Assembly: GCA_030605565.1 (NCBI GenBank) | Contig: JAUWIB010000062.1 | Span: 4,141 to 68,140 of the forward strand | Origin: a bacterium | GTDB lineage: Bacteria > Zixibacteria > MSB-5A5 > GN15 > FEB-12 | Reading direction: 5' to 3' | Length of the DNA stretch: 64,000 nt | Notes under the pieces: generated by a model | Databases searched by the model: none | What the model was told of the DNA's origin: nothing | What the model saw: only the letters and a program-made list of their open reading frames with translations | In this document: positions 1-8,970 of the stretch, piece after piece | Numbering within the stretch: position 1 is the stretch's first letter | Layout: every line of letters starts with the position of its first letter | Program-made: the position numbers and the translations under genes

Positions 1-180
1 CTGTCCCAAACCCCACACGAATACCATGAGGATTCCGAAGAGGGGCAGCCCCCACGACGCCTTTCTGATCCATCGCCGAGCCCACCACGGTCGGTTAGCC
101 AAGGCCAAAAGCAAGACCTCAATCAGTCCCACCACAGCGATGGCAACCAGCGAAAATATCAGTGGGAAGAACTCGCGCAT
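1..180 (-). CDS. N-terminal 60 codons of a membrane protein, truncated by the window edge; product unknown
   Basis: Manual translation from the ATG at 180: MREFFPLIFSLVAIAVVGLIEVLLLALANRPWWARRWIRKASWGLPLFGILMVFVWGLGQ. Two hydrophobic segments, no stop, GAGG upstream. Not in the ORF track. Confidence 0.65.
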   Translation of the reverse strand, partial: MREFFPLIFSLVAIAVVGLIEVLLLALANRPWWARRWIRKASWGLPLFGILMVFVWGLGQ

Positions 181-370
181 CCGGACTGCCTCATGTTAAA
201 ACCCAGTTCCATCGCCCATTATACGAATAGATTGACGCAGAAGTAAACCGGAATGCCGCCTAATTGGCGCTGACGGGCAAATTCCGTCGATGCCTGGTCT
301 GTTCAGATACAGTGGTAGGGAGAACCTGAACAGAGCACGAAACCTCTTAGCATCAGCCGAAATCCGGCAC

Positions 371-414
371 AAAAAGACGCCCCGCGCCGGGGGAGGGGAA
401 CGGCACGGGGACGT
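371..414 (-). terminator. Intrinsic terminator-like hairpin on the minus strand, possibly the 3' end of a small RNA
   Basis: About 13-bp GC stem (acg-ccccgtgccg / cggcgcggggcgt) followed by CTTTTT; C-rich loop. Confidence 0.6.
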
Positions 415-713
415 AAACAGGCGACACTGATGTCAGATCATGTGCTCTGTGATCCGGCCGCCTGGGCTTTTATGACCGTTACAATATCTATCTACAGAAC
501 AACTAATCAGGAATATAGTTCCGAATTCGCAAAAAACCAAAACTTTTTTGTGTTTTTTGTGTCGAAAGTTGACCGTTCAGACATATTAAGGGGTCGAAGT
601 TGGCGGGGATTCCCCTTGGGTTAACGGCACTCAGGCTTCACTGGTGAATGATCGCAGATCGAGCAATCCCGCCCTGAAATGAAGGTAAACTGAACGGTGT
701 ATTCTGTCGATTA

Positions 714-1496
714 ATGAGTCAGATGAGTAAGTCAAAACTATACTTAGTTGGCCTGGCCTTGCTGGCCGGTCTGGGCCTAACTGCAATGATCGGGTGTGAT
801 GGATCGTCCGGCACCGGAGGGAACGGTTCTGATATGGATTATCGCTTGACCGGTATTCTGGTCGAGGATTGGAATCGCTTCGCTACCCGCGCGGAAGTAG
901 TTCTCACGCGCAACGACTCCCTATTGGACTCGGCGCTGGTTTGGGTCGGCGATCAAACTCTGACCTTTGAGAGTGGTGAGTATCGATTGTCGGTGGAGCC
1001 AGCAGGTACCTATCCCCGTGGCGACTACGACCTGGTCGTAGCCGATCTGCCGAACTTCAGGGATACGGTAATAATAAGTATCGCCGACAGCTTCACCCTG
1101 TCGGTGTCCCTCCCGCCCACCCGTGAAAACCCAGGCGGCGATCAGGTAACACTCAACTGGACCGGTTCGGCCGGCGTGGACGCGTATGCGGTTGCTGCCG
1201 TACCGCGGCATCTGGCTTACACCGGCGCCGGCTACAGTGGCTGGGCCGGCAGCACCGAGGGAACGATACCGCTCAGCGCTTTTCGGTGGTCCGACGGCAT
1301 AGCTCTCGACACCGGCTGGTACTATGTCTTCGCGTATGGTTATGTGGGATCACCCGACAGCGCCGCCTCGGCCCATGTGCTTCCTGTTCCTCTGCCAGGT
1401 AACCTGACACCCAATATCGATCAGGGAGAACTCACCGGCCGCTTCGGAACAGTGGTGGTAGCCGGTCGCGACTCGGTCTGGGTAAGATTGCAGTAA
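714..1496 (+). CDS. Hypothetical lipoprotein
   Basis: Signal peptide with lipobox-like MIG-C followed by a Gly/Ser linker; beta-rich mature region; terminator downstream. Confidence 0.75.
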   Translation: MSQMSKSKLYLVGLALLAGLGLTAMIGCDGSSGTGGNGSDMDYRLTGILVEDWNRFATRAEVVLTRNDSLLDSALVWVGDQTLTFESGEYRLSVEPAGTYPRGDYDLVVADLPNFRDTVIISIADSFTLSVSLPPTRENPGGDQVTLNWTGSAGVDAYAVAAVPRHLAYTGAGYSGWAGSTEGTIPLSAFRWSDGIALDTGWYYVFAYGYVGSPDSAASAHVLPVPLPGNLTPNIDQGELTGRFGTVVVAGRDSVWVRLQ

Positions 1497-1526
1497 CATC
1501 TCTGAACAAGATATGAACAGAATCAG

Positions 1527-1555
1527 GCAGGCTCGAAAAAAGGGCCTGCTTTTTC
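1527..1555 (+). terminator. Rho-independent terminator
   Basis: gcaggctc-gaaaaaa-gggcctgc followed by a T run, just after the lipoprotein stop. Confidence 0.7.
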
Positions 1556-1642
1556 ATTCCGGGATAAGCTCCACGGCGCCTGAGGAGTTGAGTTAATCCA
1601 CTTTTGCTTGCTTTGGTCTCGCACGAGGAGTTATTTGCATCC

Positions 1643-2554
1643 ATGGTTGACTATGACAAACTGATCGAACAGTTGGGCCAGTTAGGCACCGAGCAAATCA
1701 ACTCGGATACGGTCGATATCGACCGCTTGTCGGCAAGGGAAATAGTCACAAGAATCAACACCGAGGACAAGAAGGTGGCCGAGGTGGTCGCAGAGGTGCT
1801 CCCGGCGATAGCTCAGGCGGCTGAACTTTACGCCAAGACCTTGCGCGAGGGCGGGCGGGTGTTCTATATCGGCGCCGGCACGTCCGGACGGCTGGGGGTG
1901 CTTGATGCGGCCGAGTGTCCACCTACGTTCGGAACCGACCCCGCGCATATCGTCGGCTTGATATCCGGCGGCTACGCCACCCTGGTGCTTTCGCAGGAGG
2001 GGGTGGAGGACGATCAGAAGGCAGCCATCAACGATTTGCAGCACCACCGCTTGAGCAACAAGGACCTGGTCGTGGGGCTGGCCGCCTCGGTGCGTACGCC
2101 CTATACTCTGGCTGGATTAAAGCATGCTACCAAACTCGGCGCCAGGACCGTTTTCATCGTATGCAACAACAACGTCGAGGTCCCGATCAAAGTGGATATC
2201 ACCATCGCCTTACCGGTGGGCCCGGAGGCAATCACAGGCTCCACGCGGATGAAGTCGGGCACGGCGCAGAAGATGACCCTCAACATGATCTCGACCACCG
2301 CTATGGTTCTCCTGGGCAAAACGTACGGCAATCTCATGGTCGATCTGCAGGCCCGCTCGAAGAAACTGGCGGCGCGCTCGCGCAAGATGCTGATGGATCT
2401 TCTGCAGATCGATCTGACAGCGGCGCACGAACTGCTCAAGACGGCCGGCGGCTCGGTCAAAGTCGCGATCGTGATGCACCAATTCAGTTGCGGACGAGAT
2501 GAGGCGTGTCAGAAGCTTGAGGCCGCGAACGGTTTCATCACCCGCTGCCGGTGA
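1643..2554 (+). CDS. murQ: N-acetylmuramic acid 6-phosphate etherase
   Basis: Motifs TEQxN, GAGTSGRLGVLDAAECPPTFG, GPEAITGSTRMKSGTAQK, NLMVD. Start set at ATG 1643 after GAGGAG. Confidence 0.95.
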   Translation: MVDYDKLIEQLGQLGTEQINSDTVDIDRLSAREIVTRINTEDKKVAEVVAEVLPAIAQAAELYAKTLREGGRVFYIGAGTSGRLGVLDAAECPPTFGTDPAHIVGLISGGYATLVLSQEGVEDDQKAAINDLQHHRLSNKDLVVGLAASVRTPYTLAGLKHATKLGARTVFIVCNNNVEVPIKVDITIALPVGPEAITGSTRMKSGTAQKMTLNMISTTAMVLLGKTYGNLMVDLQARSKKLAARSRKMLMDLLQIDLTAAHELLKTAGGSVKVAIVMHQFSCGRDEACQKLEAANGFITRCR

Positions 2555-2600
2555 TGGTTTTTCACTGAGGTTTTCCCTCTAACAGCAAGATTCGGTTGGC

Positions 2601-2918
2601 TGCGCGGCGTACGTCCTCGTGCGCCGCACCTTGTACCCAGAACATGTAACCAAGGTGGCCCGGAGGTTCGGGCTTGTCAAAAAACCCTAATTACGTTGTG
2701 TTGGGTCTTGGACACGCTGAAAGCGTGGTTGTGACCCGACACCTAACTCCTTATTGGACAATGGCGCCGGGTGGCCGTCTCAAACTTGTTTGGGACGGCG
2801 GGCAAGCCCGTCTCTTGCGCTACGCGCGCACTTGATGTCACCCTGAGCGCACAGGCTGTGTCATAAAGCCGTTTCGCAGGGTCCTGATCTCGACGAAGTC
2901 GGGATTGTGACCCTGCGA
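2601..2918. repeat. Intergenic cluster of REP-like palindromes
   Basis: Contains tgcgcggcgtacgtcctcgtgcgccg (2601-2626, repeated at 33979-34004), nested hairpins at 2698-2742 and 2874-2918, and a partial gtcaccctgagcg at 2837. Confidence 0.75.
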
Positions 2919-2973
2919 TTCTCACTATATACAATTGCGACACAGCCTGGCAGTCGAAGGGTGACGGCTTGAT

Positions 2974-4182
2974 TCACTCCTCCGCCGTGTCAATGATCCG
3001 CTTCGTGTCCCGTGAGATGACCAACTCTTCGTTAGTGGGGATCACCATCACCTGCACCTTGCTGTCGGTGCGGGAGATGGTTCTTTCGTTACTGGTCTCC
3101 TCAGCATTCTTTGCTTGATCGAGTTCCAAACCCATCCAGCTCATGTCTTCGCACGTCTTGGCTCTGACCGTGGCTGAGTTCTCGCCGGCACCGGCGGTGA
3201 ATACCAGAGCATCCAGACCGCCCAAAGCGGCCGTGTAGGCGGCGATGTACTTTTTCAGACGGTAGCAGTAAACATCGATAGCGAGTTGCGCGTTGGTGTT
3301 GCCCTCAGCGGCAGCCTCCTCGATATCTCGCAAATCAGATGAAACGCCGGAAATTCCCGACAGACCGGAGTGCTTGTTCAACAGGGTGTTGGCCTCGTGC
3401 AGGTTCAATTCCTCCCGCGCCATCACGTGCAGGATGATGGCCGGGTCAAGATCACCGGACCGAGTGTTCATCATCAATCCCTCCAGCGGCGTGAAACCCA
3501 TGGAGGTATCAACCGACACGCCCTGATCGATGGCCGCTACCGAAGCGCCGCCGCCAAGGTGACAAGTAATAATCTTCAACTCACTGACCGGCCGTTCCAT
3601 GATTTCAGCGGCGCGGTCGCTGACGTACTTGTGCGAGGTTCCATGGAAACCGTAGCGGCGAATGCCATAGCGCTTGTAAAGCACATACGGGATGCCGTAA
3701 ATATATGCGTGCGGCGGCATTCGATGATGGAAGGCGGTGTCGAATACAGCGACGTGGGGAATACCCGGGAGCGTTTTCATGGCGGCGTTGATTCCGCGGA
3801 TGTTGTGCGGATTATGCAGCGGGGCCAGTTCGATCAGCGCTCGCAATTCGCCCATCAGGTCGCTCGTAATCAGCACCGAATCAGTGAACCGTTCGCCGCC
3901 ATGAACTACGCGATGCCCAACCGCATTGATCTCGGATTTGTCCTTGATAACACCGTGATTTTCCGACAGAAGCATCGACACCACGTACTCAATCGCCTGG
4001 ATATGATCGAGAATCTCCGCCGTGATCTTGACTTCAGCACGGTCATGCGACTTATGCGCAACGAGGGCGCCGGCCATGCCGATCCGCGAAATATTGCCCT
4101 TCGCCAGCGCCAACTCACTTTCTGCATCGATCAACTGATACTTGACCGATGATGACCCACAGTTGATGACCAGGATATTCAT
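2974..4182 (-). CDS. ackA: Acetate kinase
   Basis: Motifs INCGSSSVKY, GHRVVHGG, APLHNP, VFDTAFH, RYGFHGTSH, CHLGGGAS, IPTNEEL. Confidence 0.95.
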   Translation of the reverse strand: MNILVINCGSSSVKYQLIDAESELALAKGNISRIGMAGALVAHKSHDRAEVKITAEILDHIQAIEYVVSMLLSENHGVIKDKSEINAVGHRVVHGGERFTDSVLITSDLMGELRALIELAPLHNPHNIRGINAAMKTLPGIPHVAVFDTAFHHRMPPHAYIYGIPYVLYKRYGIRRYGFHGTSHKYVSDRAAEIMERPVSELKIITCHLGGGASVAAIDQGVSVDTSMGFTPLEGLMMNTRSGDLDPAIILHVMAREELNLHEANTLLNKHSGLSGISGVSSDLRDIEEAAAEGNTNAQLAIDVYCYRLKKYIAAYTAALGGLDALVFTAGAGENSATVRAKTCEDMSWMGLELDQAKNAEETSNERTISRTDSKVQVMVIPTNEELVISRDTKRIIDTAEE

Positions 4183-5096
4183 AATGTTGTTCCTCCCTGG
4201 GCAGTGCTGCCGCCCGGTGAGTCTTCTTTGATCCGGTTGCCTTCCTCATCATAGCGGAAGAATCCTCGGCCGCTCTTGACTCCGAGACGTCCGGCCCGAA
4301 CCATTTTTCTCAGCAGAGGACAGGGATTGTACTTATGTTCGGAAAGCTCCGCCAGGAGATTCTCCATCCAGGACATGACGACATCCAGTCCCATCAGGTC
4401 CGCCAGAGCCAGCGGCCCCATGTTGAATCCAAACCCCAGTTTCATCGCCCGGTCGATGTCCTGGGCCGAAGCGACACCCTCCATCAGAACGTGCATAGCT
4501 TCATTCAACAACGGCACGATGATCCGAGTGGTCACATATCCGGGGTACTCATTGACGGTGATCCATTTCTTGTCCAGCAATTCGGCGAAAGCCACCGCCT
4601 TCTGGAAAGTCTCATCATCAGTCTTGAGTCCTTTGACAATCTCTACCAGCGGAACCTTGGTGACCGGGTTGAGAAAGTGCATACCGATGATTTTCCTCGG
4701 TCGCTCGGTAGCGGCGGCCACCTCTGAGATAGAAAGCGTACCGGTGTTGGTAATCATCAGTACATCCTCACCGCAGAAGGAATCGAGCTTCGCAAACAGG
4801 TCGCGCTTCATCTCGAGGTCTTCGGGAATGCACTCCATTACGATTTCGGCATCTTCCGCTTGTGTCAGATCCGACGATGGAAAGACACGAGCCAGGATTG
4901 CTTTCTTATCTGACTTGGTCAAACCCCACTTGTGTATTTCGCGGTCCAACGATTCGGAGATGCCTCTGATCCCACGTTCGGCCAGCTTGGTTGTTTTGTC
5001 AACCAGCGTCACTTCCTCGCCTGAGGTGGCGATGGCCTCGGCCAGGCCCTGACCCATCACGCCGGCGCCAATTATGATGATTCTTGTAGTTGCCAT
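4179..5096 (-). CDS. hbd: 3-hydroxybutyryl-CoA / 3-hydroxyacyl-CoA dehydrogenase
   Basis: GAGVMGQG Rossmann motif, ExxxE..K, GMHFLNP, LGFGFNMGP, GRLGVKSGRGF. Overlaps the ackA start. Confidence 0.85.
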   Translation of the reverse strand: MATTRIIIIGAGVMGQGLAEAIATSGEEVTLVDKTTKLAERGIRGISESLDREIHKWGLTKSDKKAILARVFPSSDLTQAEDAEIVMECIPEDLEMKRDLFAKLDSFCGEDVLMITNTGTLSISEVAAATERPRKIIGMHFLNPVTKVPLVEIVKGLKTDDETFQKAVAFAELLDKKWITVNEYPGYVTTRIIVPLLNEAMHVLMEGVASAQDIDRAMKLGFGFNMGPLALADLMGLDVVMSWMENLLAELSEHKYNPCPLLRKMVRAGRLGVKSGRGFFRYDEEGNRIKEDSPGGSTAQGGTTL

Positions 5097-5355
5097 TGTC
5101 CTCTGTTATCCTTCTTTGTCATTTTCGTTCAGCCGCATTCCGCAAGGATTCGGCAAGGCCAAATATAGTCGCTTCTACGAGTGCCGCAACTGCATTTTAT
5201 GCATAATATCGGCTCAGTGGGTCAAAAACTGGGCTGTTCTTTCGTTTGATTGTACAATCTACATACGGGATGGACCGGTTCAAATAGTTTGACAGCGGGC
5301 CTCCGACCGGCTATCTATCGATAGACAACAAAGGCCAAACATAACGGGAGACAGC

Positions 5356-6051
5356 ATGTTTCACCACACCAGAACAGTCATTGTAACAATTGCCATCTTG
5401 ATCCTGACAGCGTCCCAGGCCGTAGCGCTTGGGCGTGTGGCCCGACGCTTTAACGTTATAGACTTCTACGGCGGTACGTCCAGCCCGGTGGGCAAGTACG
5501 AAAGTCTGGCGGATTTTGTCGATTTCTACATAGACGATCGGCCAACCGATGTCGATGGTGATGTGCTGTATGACCCGACGTTTCATCTCGGTTTCAACTA
5601 TGGCCAACTCCGGAACGACAGGATGCTGGTGACAGTAGGCTTCCGCTGGACCCAAATCGAGGCGATCAATTTGCTGGGTCTGAACACGGTAGGGAGACAG
5701 GGTCTGGCTATTCTCCTTGATCCCAAAAAACCGAGCATCAATCAGTACGACTTTGATTTCAACTTCAACTACATGTTTCTCAGTATTGCCCAACGGAGCT
5801 TTGCTCCTTATGTCGGGGTCGGTTTCAGAGCCGGCATTACCAGTGTTACGGCCAAGGGGTTCGAGTCAGAGTCGCGCCTGAATACTGCCCTGGCCGGCAA
5901 CTTTGGCGCTGAGTTGAAGCTTTGGGAACATGCCAAGAAGCGGGCGTTTCTGACTATCGCCTCGGTCAACAGCTATGACTTGTTTTCAACCGGGGATCGG
6001 CCCAAGTATTTCAACCTCGGCGCAGCGCTGAAGTACTACTTCCGTCCGTGA
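5356..6051 (+). CDS. Outer-membrane beta-barrel domain protein
   Basis: Signal peptide, alternating aromatic beta-strands, PYVGVG motif, C-terminal LKYYF strand. Confidence 0.7.
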   Translation: MFHHTRTVIVTIAILILTASQAVALGRVARRFNVIDFYGGTSSPVGKYESLADFVDFYIDDRPTDVDGDVLYDPTFHLGFNYGQLRNDRMLVTVGFRWTQIEAINLLGLNTVGRQGLAILLDPKKPSINQYDFDFNFNYMFLSIAQRSFAPYVGVGFRAGITSVTAKGFESESRLNTALAGNFGAELKLWEHAKKRAFLTIASVNSYDLFSTGDRPKYFNLGAALKYYFRP

Positions 6052-6142
6052 GGAAAAACGCTGCAACTGGAAAACGTCAGTGACACCAGAAGCAATTGAT
6101 TCGTTCTGTCGATAAAGCTAATACCTGGAGGCTTGTGAGAGG

Positions 6143-7132
6143 ATGAGATTCATGTCCAATAATCGGCTACACACCATATTCGTTTTCTTGGTAACGGCGA
6201 CCATCTGTGGCTGTGGCTGCAACGGTGACGACCCGCCAAAACCACCCTACCCGGAGGGATTGGTGGCTGTGAACGGAGATCTGTATAAAGGTGAGATGGG
6301 GAGTGCTGCTCTTGACAAGCCTTTAGTATTTGCCGTGGCCGATAACAGCGGTGCGTACGTGCCCGACCAGTGGATACATTTCTCTCTCATGATCGGTGAC
6401 GGCGTGATTTCGGCTGATTCGCTCAAGACCGGCAGCGATGGCAAGGCGACGCTTGCCTATACTTTCTCCGGAAGTCATGGCCATGCAAAGATCAGAGCGA
6501 TCGCCCGCAATCTCGACACTACTTACGTCTACCTCAGAGCCAACACCCTCATTCCCGGCGATCATGGCCAGGGACAGTACGTGCTGCTGGATGACACTTA
6601 TGGAGATGTCGTTGATTTCAACGGCGAGCCGGTGGCGTTGGACACCTTCCCTGCGGCCGGCATTGCCGTCGCAAACTACGAGGCCACCCTGGGTGTGGTA
6701 GTGGTGATATACGACACCGACGAGAACGGTATCATCGAGCCAACCTCGCCCGTGTATGGGGTGTTGGTCGTCGATTCCGTCTTCCCCCAACCACCCGACA
6801 GCAGCACCAAGAGTGCCCGTTATGAGGGTGCGACCAAGGACTCAATCAAGATCGGCTCGTCCTACTGGGCTGACATAAACCCTGTGCATGGTGAGTACGA
6901 TAGCCTGAAGTTTGTGGACGATCCTGTCCTTCCGGCTTTGGTGCTCTACTATGGCTCCTTGCACCTTGAGTTCTGGTGTCATCCGTCCGACACTACTGTT
7001 TATCAGATTAGTATCTTTGAGAAGTTCGACGTTTCGCTCTATGAATCGCCGCCTGTTCGTGAGGCGATCGACAGCGTCCTGGGAATCGTAGGTAGGGGCC
7101 TTCGTGGTCCTGACGCCCTTTCGCGACAATAA
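6143..7132 (+). CDS. Lipoprotein with a bacterial Ig-like (Big_1-type) domain
   Basis: Cys-rich lipobox region (ICGCGC); VxDxxG...V.F, TGSDGKA and G.A.I.A motifs typical of Big_1 domains. Confidence 0.65.
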   Translation: MRFMSNNRLHTIFVFLVTATICGCGCNGDDPPKPPYPEGLVAVNGDLYKGEMGSAALDKPLVFAVADNSGAYVPDQWIHFSLMIGDGVISADSLKTGSDGKATLAYTFSGSHGHAKIRAIARNLDTTYVYLRANTLIPGDHGQGQYVLLDDTYGDVVDFNGEPVALDTFPAAGIAVANYEATLGVVVVIYDTDENGIIEPTSPVYGVLVVDSVFPQPPDSSTKSARYEGATKDSIKIGSSYWADINPVHGEYDSLKFVDDPVLPALVLYYGSLHLEFWCHPSDTTVYQISIFEKFDVSLYESPPVREAIDSVLGIVGRGLRGPDALSRQ

Positions 7133-7465
7133 TCGTTCACTATTCACGGCCAAACAAGTTTGACCGTGCCACCCGTCCGTCACAGGCAAATGTAAACGGC
7201 TGAGCGAAACATATAAAAACACCCAGCAGTGTTAGCACTCACACCACCAGGCATTCGTCATCAATCCTTGCCCTTCGGATTGATCTTCGCGTTCCCCCGG
7301 CGTAGTATAGTAGTCTTGCTTCGTCGATGATGCCAAATCCCGTTACTTACCAACAGCGGATCACCTATCAACGACCTGTATCTCCTATCTCTTTCTCAAT
7401 CTTCAAACTCGGTGGCGCTCCATTGCCGATCGTTACACGGCAGCACCTATCCTCAATTATACAAT

Positions 7466-7483
7466 ATCAAGGATCGTGCCAAA
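7466..7483 (-). promoter_or_regulatory. sigma54 (-24/-12)-like promoter
   Basis: Minus strand TTGGCACG-ATCC-TTGAT: exact -24 box and spacing, with A instead of C at -12. Lies just downstream of the sigma54 activator gene. Confidence 0.55.
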
Positions 7484-7605
7484 TGGAGGACTGAAACTGC
7501 CTGAGTTATCGTATTGTTAATCAAGGAGATATGGTTCGACAAGAGGCTCCCCCTTTCCACCGTAGGTAATTTACACCCGAATCAGTCTCTTTCGTGGGGG
7601 TGAAT

Positions 7606-8970
7606 TCAACCCGTCTCGATGTCGAGATCCTTGATCATCTTGCGCAAGTTTGCCGAGTCAAGACCAAGGTCGCGCGCCGCCGCCGCCACATTACCACCAT
7701 GGCGAGCGAGACACTGGATGATCACCAGTTTTTTGAACTCTCGTACACGCTCTTTGAGAGTTCTGGGTTAGCCAGTACTGGCGCCGGCGAATGACAAATA
7801 CTGCTGTACTTCGAGGCGCATAATCAGATGCGACAACGAAAGGTCGATCAACGATTGTACGGTATCCTGTAGCTGGCGAACATTACCCGGCCAGTCGTAT
7901 TCAATCAACAGGTCACGCGCCGCCGGCTCGAACACCTTGATTCCGTCGTCCGTCTTGCGGCAGTAGTTTTCAGTGAAGAAGTCGATCAAGTCCGGGATAT
8001 CCTCGCGTCGGTCGGCCAGAGTGGGAACCACGATGCGAATGCCCTTCAGGCGATAGTACAAATCCTCACGAAACTTGCCCTGTGACACCATCTGTTCGAG
8101 ATCACAGTTGGTAGCGCAGATCACGCGAACGTCGACGCGAATCGTCTCCGGTGATCCGATCCGTTGCATCTCGCCGGACTCCAACACGCGGAGTAGTTTC
8201 CCCTGAGTAGTGATATCGAGATTGCCGATCTCGTCGAGAAAAACAGTTCCGCCGTGGGCGTACTCGAACATTCCGATGCGGTCGGCGACAGCTCCGGTAA
8301 ACGACCCCCGCAAGTGTCCGAACAGTTCACTCTCCACCAGATCGGGCGCCTTGTGGTTGCAGTTGAAGATGGCCAGGGTTTCGTCCGCCCTTCGACTGCG
8401 ACGGTGAAGGGCGCGCGCTACCAGTTCTTTGCCGGTACCGGTCGGCCCCAGGATCATCACCTTGTTGTTAGTGGGACCTATCTTCTCAATCATCTGGTAA
8501 ACATCACGCATCAGCCGCGACCGCCCCACCATGCCGTAATGACGTCTGGCCAACTCGACCAGGTCGGAACTGCTGGTTCTCAGTCGGTGCATGAAGACGG
8601 CGTTGCGGACCGACCGGTGAAGCCGGGCCGGCCGTTCGTTCTTGCCGACGTAATCGAACGGCTGGTGTTCCGCATCGATATCCCGCTCGGAGTAATCGCC
8701 CGGATAGCCGGTGTGGAAGATGACCGGAAGATCGGGATTGATTTCGCGAATGCGACAGGCTGTTTCCAGACCGTCCATACGCGCCATCTTGATGTCCAAA
8801 ACCACGGCATCCAGATCGCCATGCTTGTCCAGCGCCTGCAATGCCTCCTGACCCGAGGCCGCCGCCACCACGTCGTAGTCATCAAGAAACGTCTCGTTGA
8901 GTGCTTCCAGGACCAGAGGGTCGTCGTCGACTATGAGAATCTTACCTGTTTTTGCCATTGTAATCATCAC
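7606..8970 (-). pseudogene. sigma54-dependent response regulator (REC-AAA+-HTH) interrupted by an in-frame TAA at 7768-7770
   Basis: REC domain, GPTGTGKE, ELFGH.RGSFTGA, FLDEIG, WPGNVRQL. After the TAA the same frame continues PRTLKERVREFKKLVIIQCLARHGGNVAAAARDLGLDSANLRKMIKDLDIETG-TGA, a Fis-type HTH. Confidence 0.8.

Noticed and set aside
290-345. TPP-riboswitch-like words (GTAGGGA, GAACCTGA)
   Set aside because: They are in the wrong order and the CTGAGA motif is missing.
421-470. ZTP (pfl) riboswitch-like 3' motif CCGGCCGCCTGGGC
   Set aside because: The required upstream GACUGGCG…GGUGG…CCACCGGGGAGC core is absent, and no purine or folate gene lies downstream.
430-624. 64-aa plus-strand ORF
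   Set aside because: Crosses AT-rich promoter-like DNA, lacks an RBS and overlaps the predicted minus-strand RNA structure.
3370-4152. 260-aa plus-strand ORF
   Set aside because: Antisense shadow of ackA with no recognisable motifs; common in GC-rich DNA.
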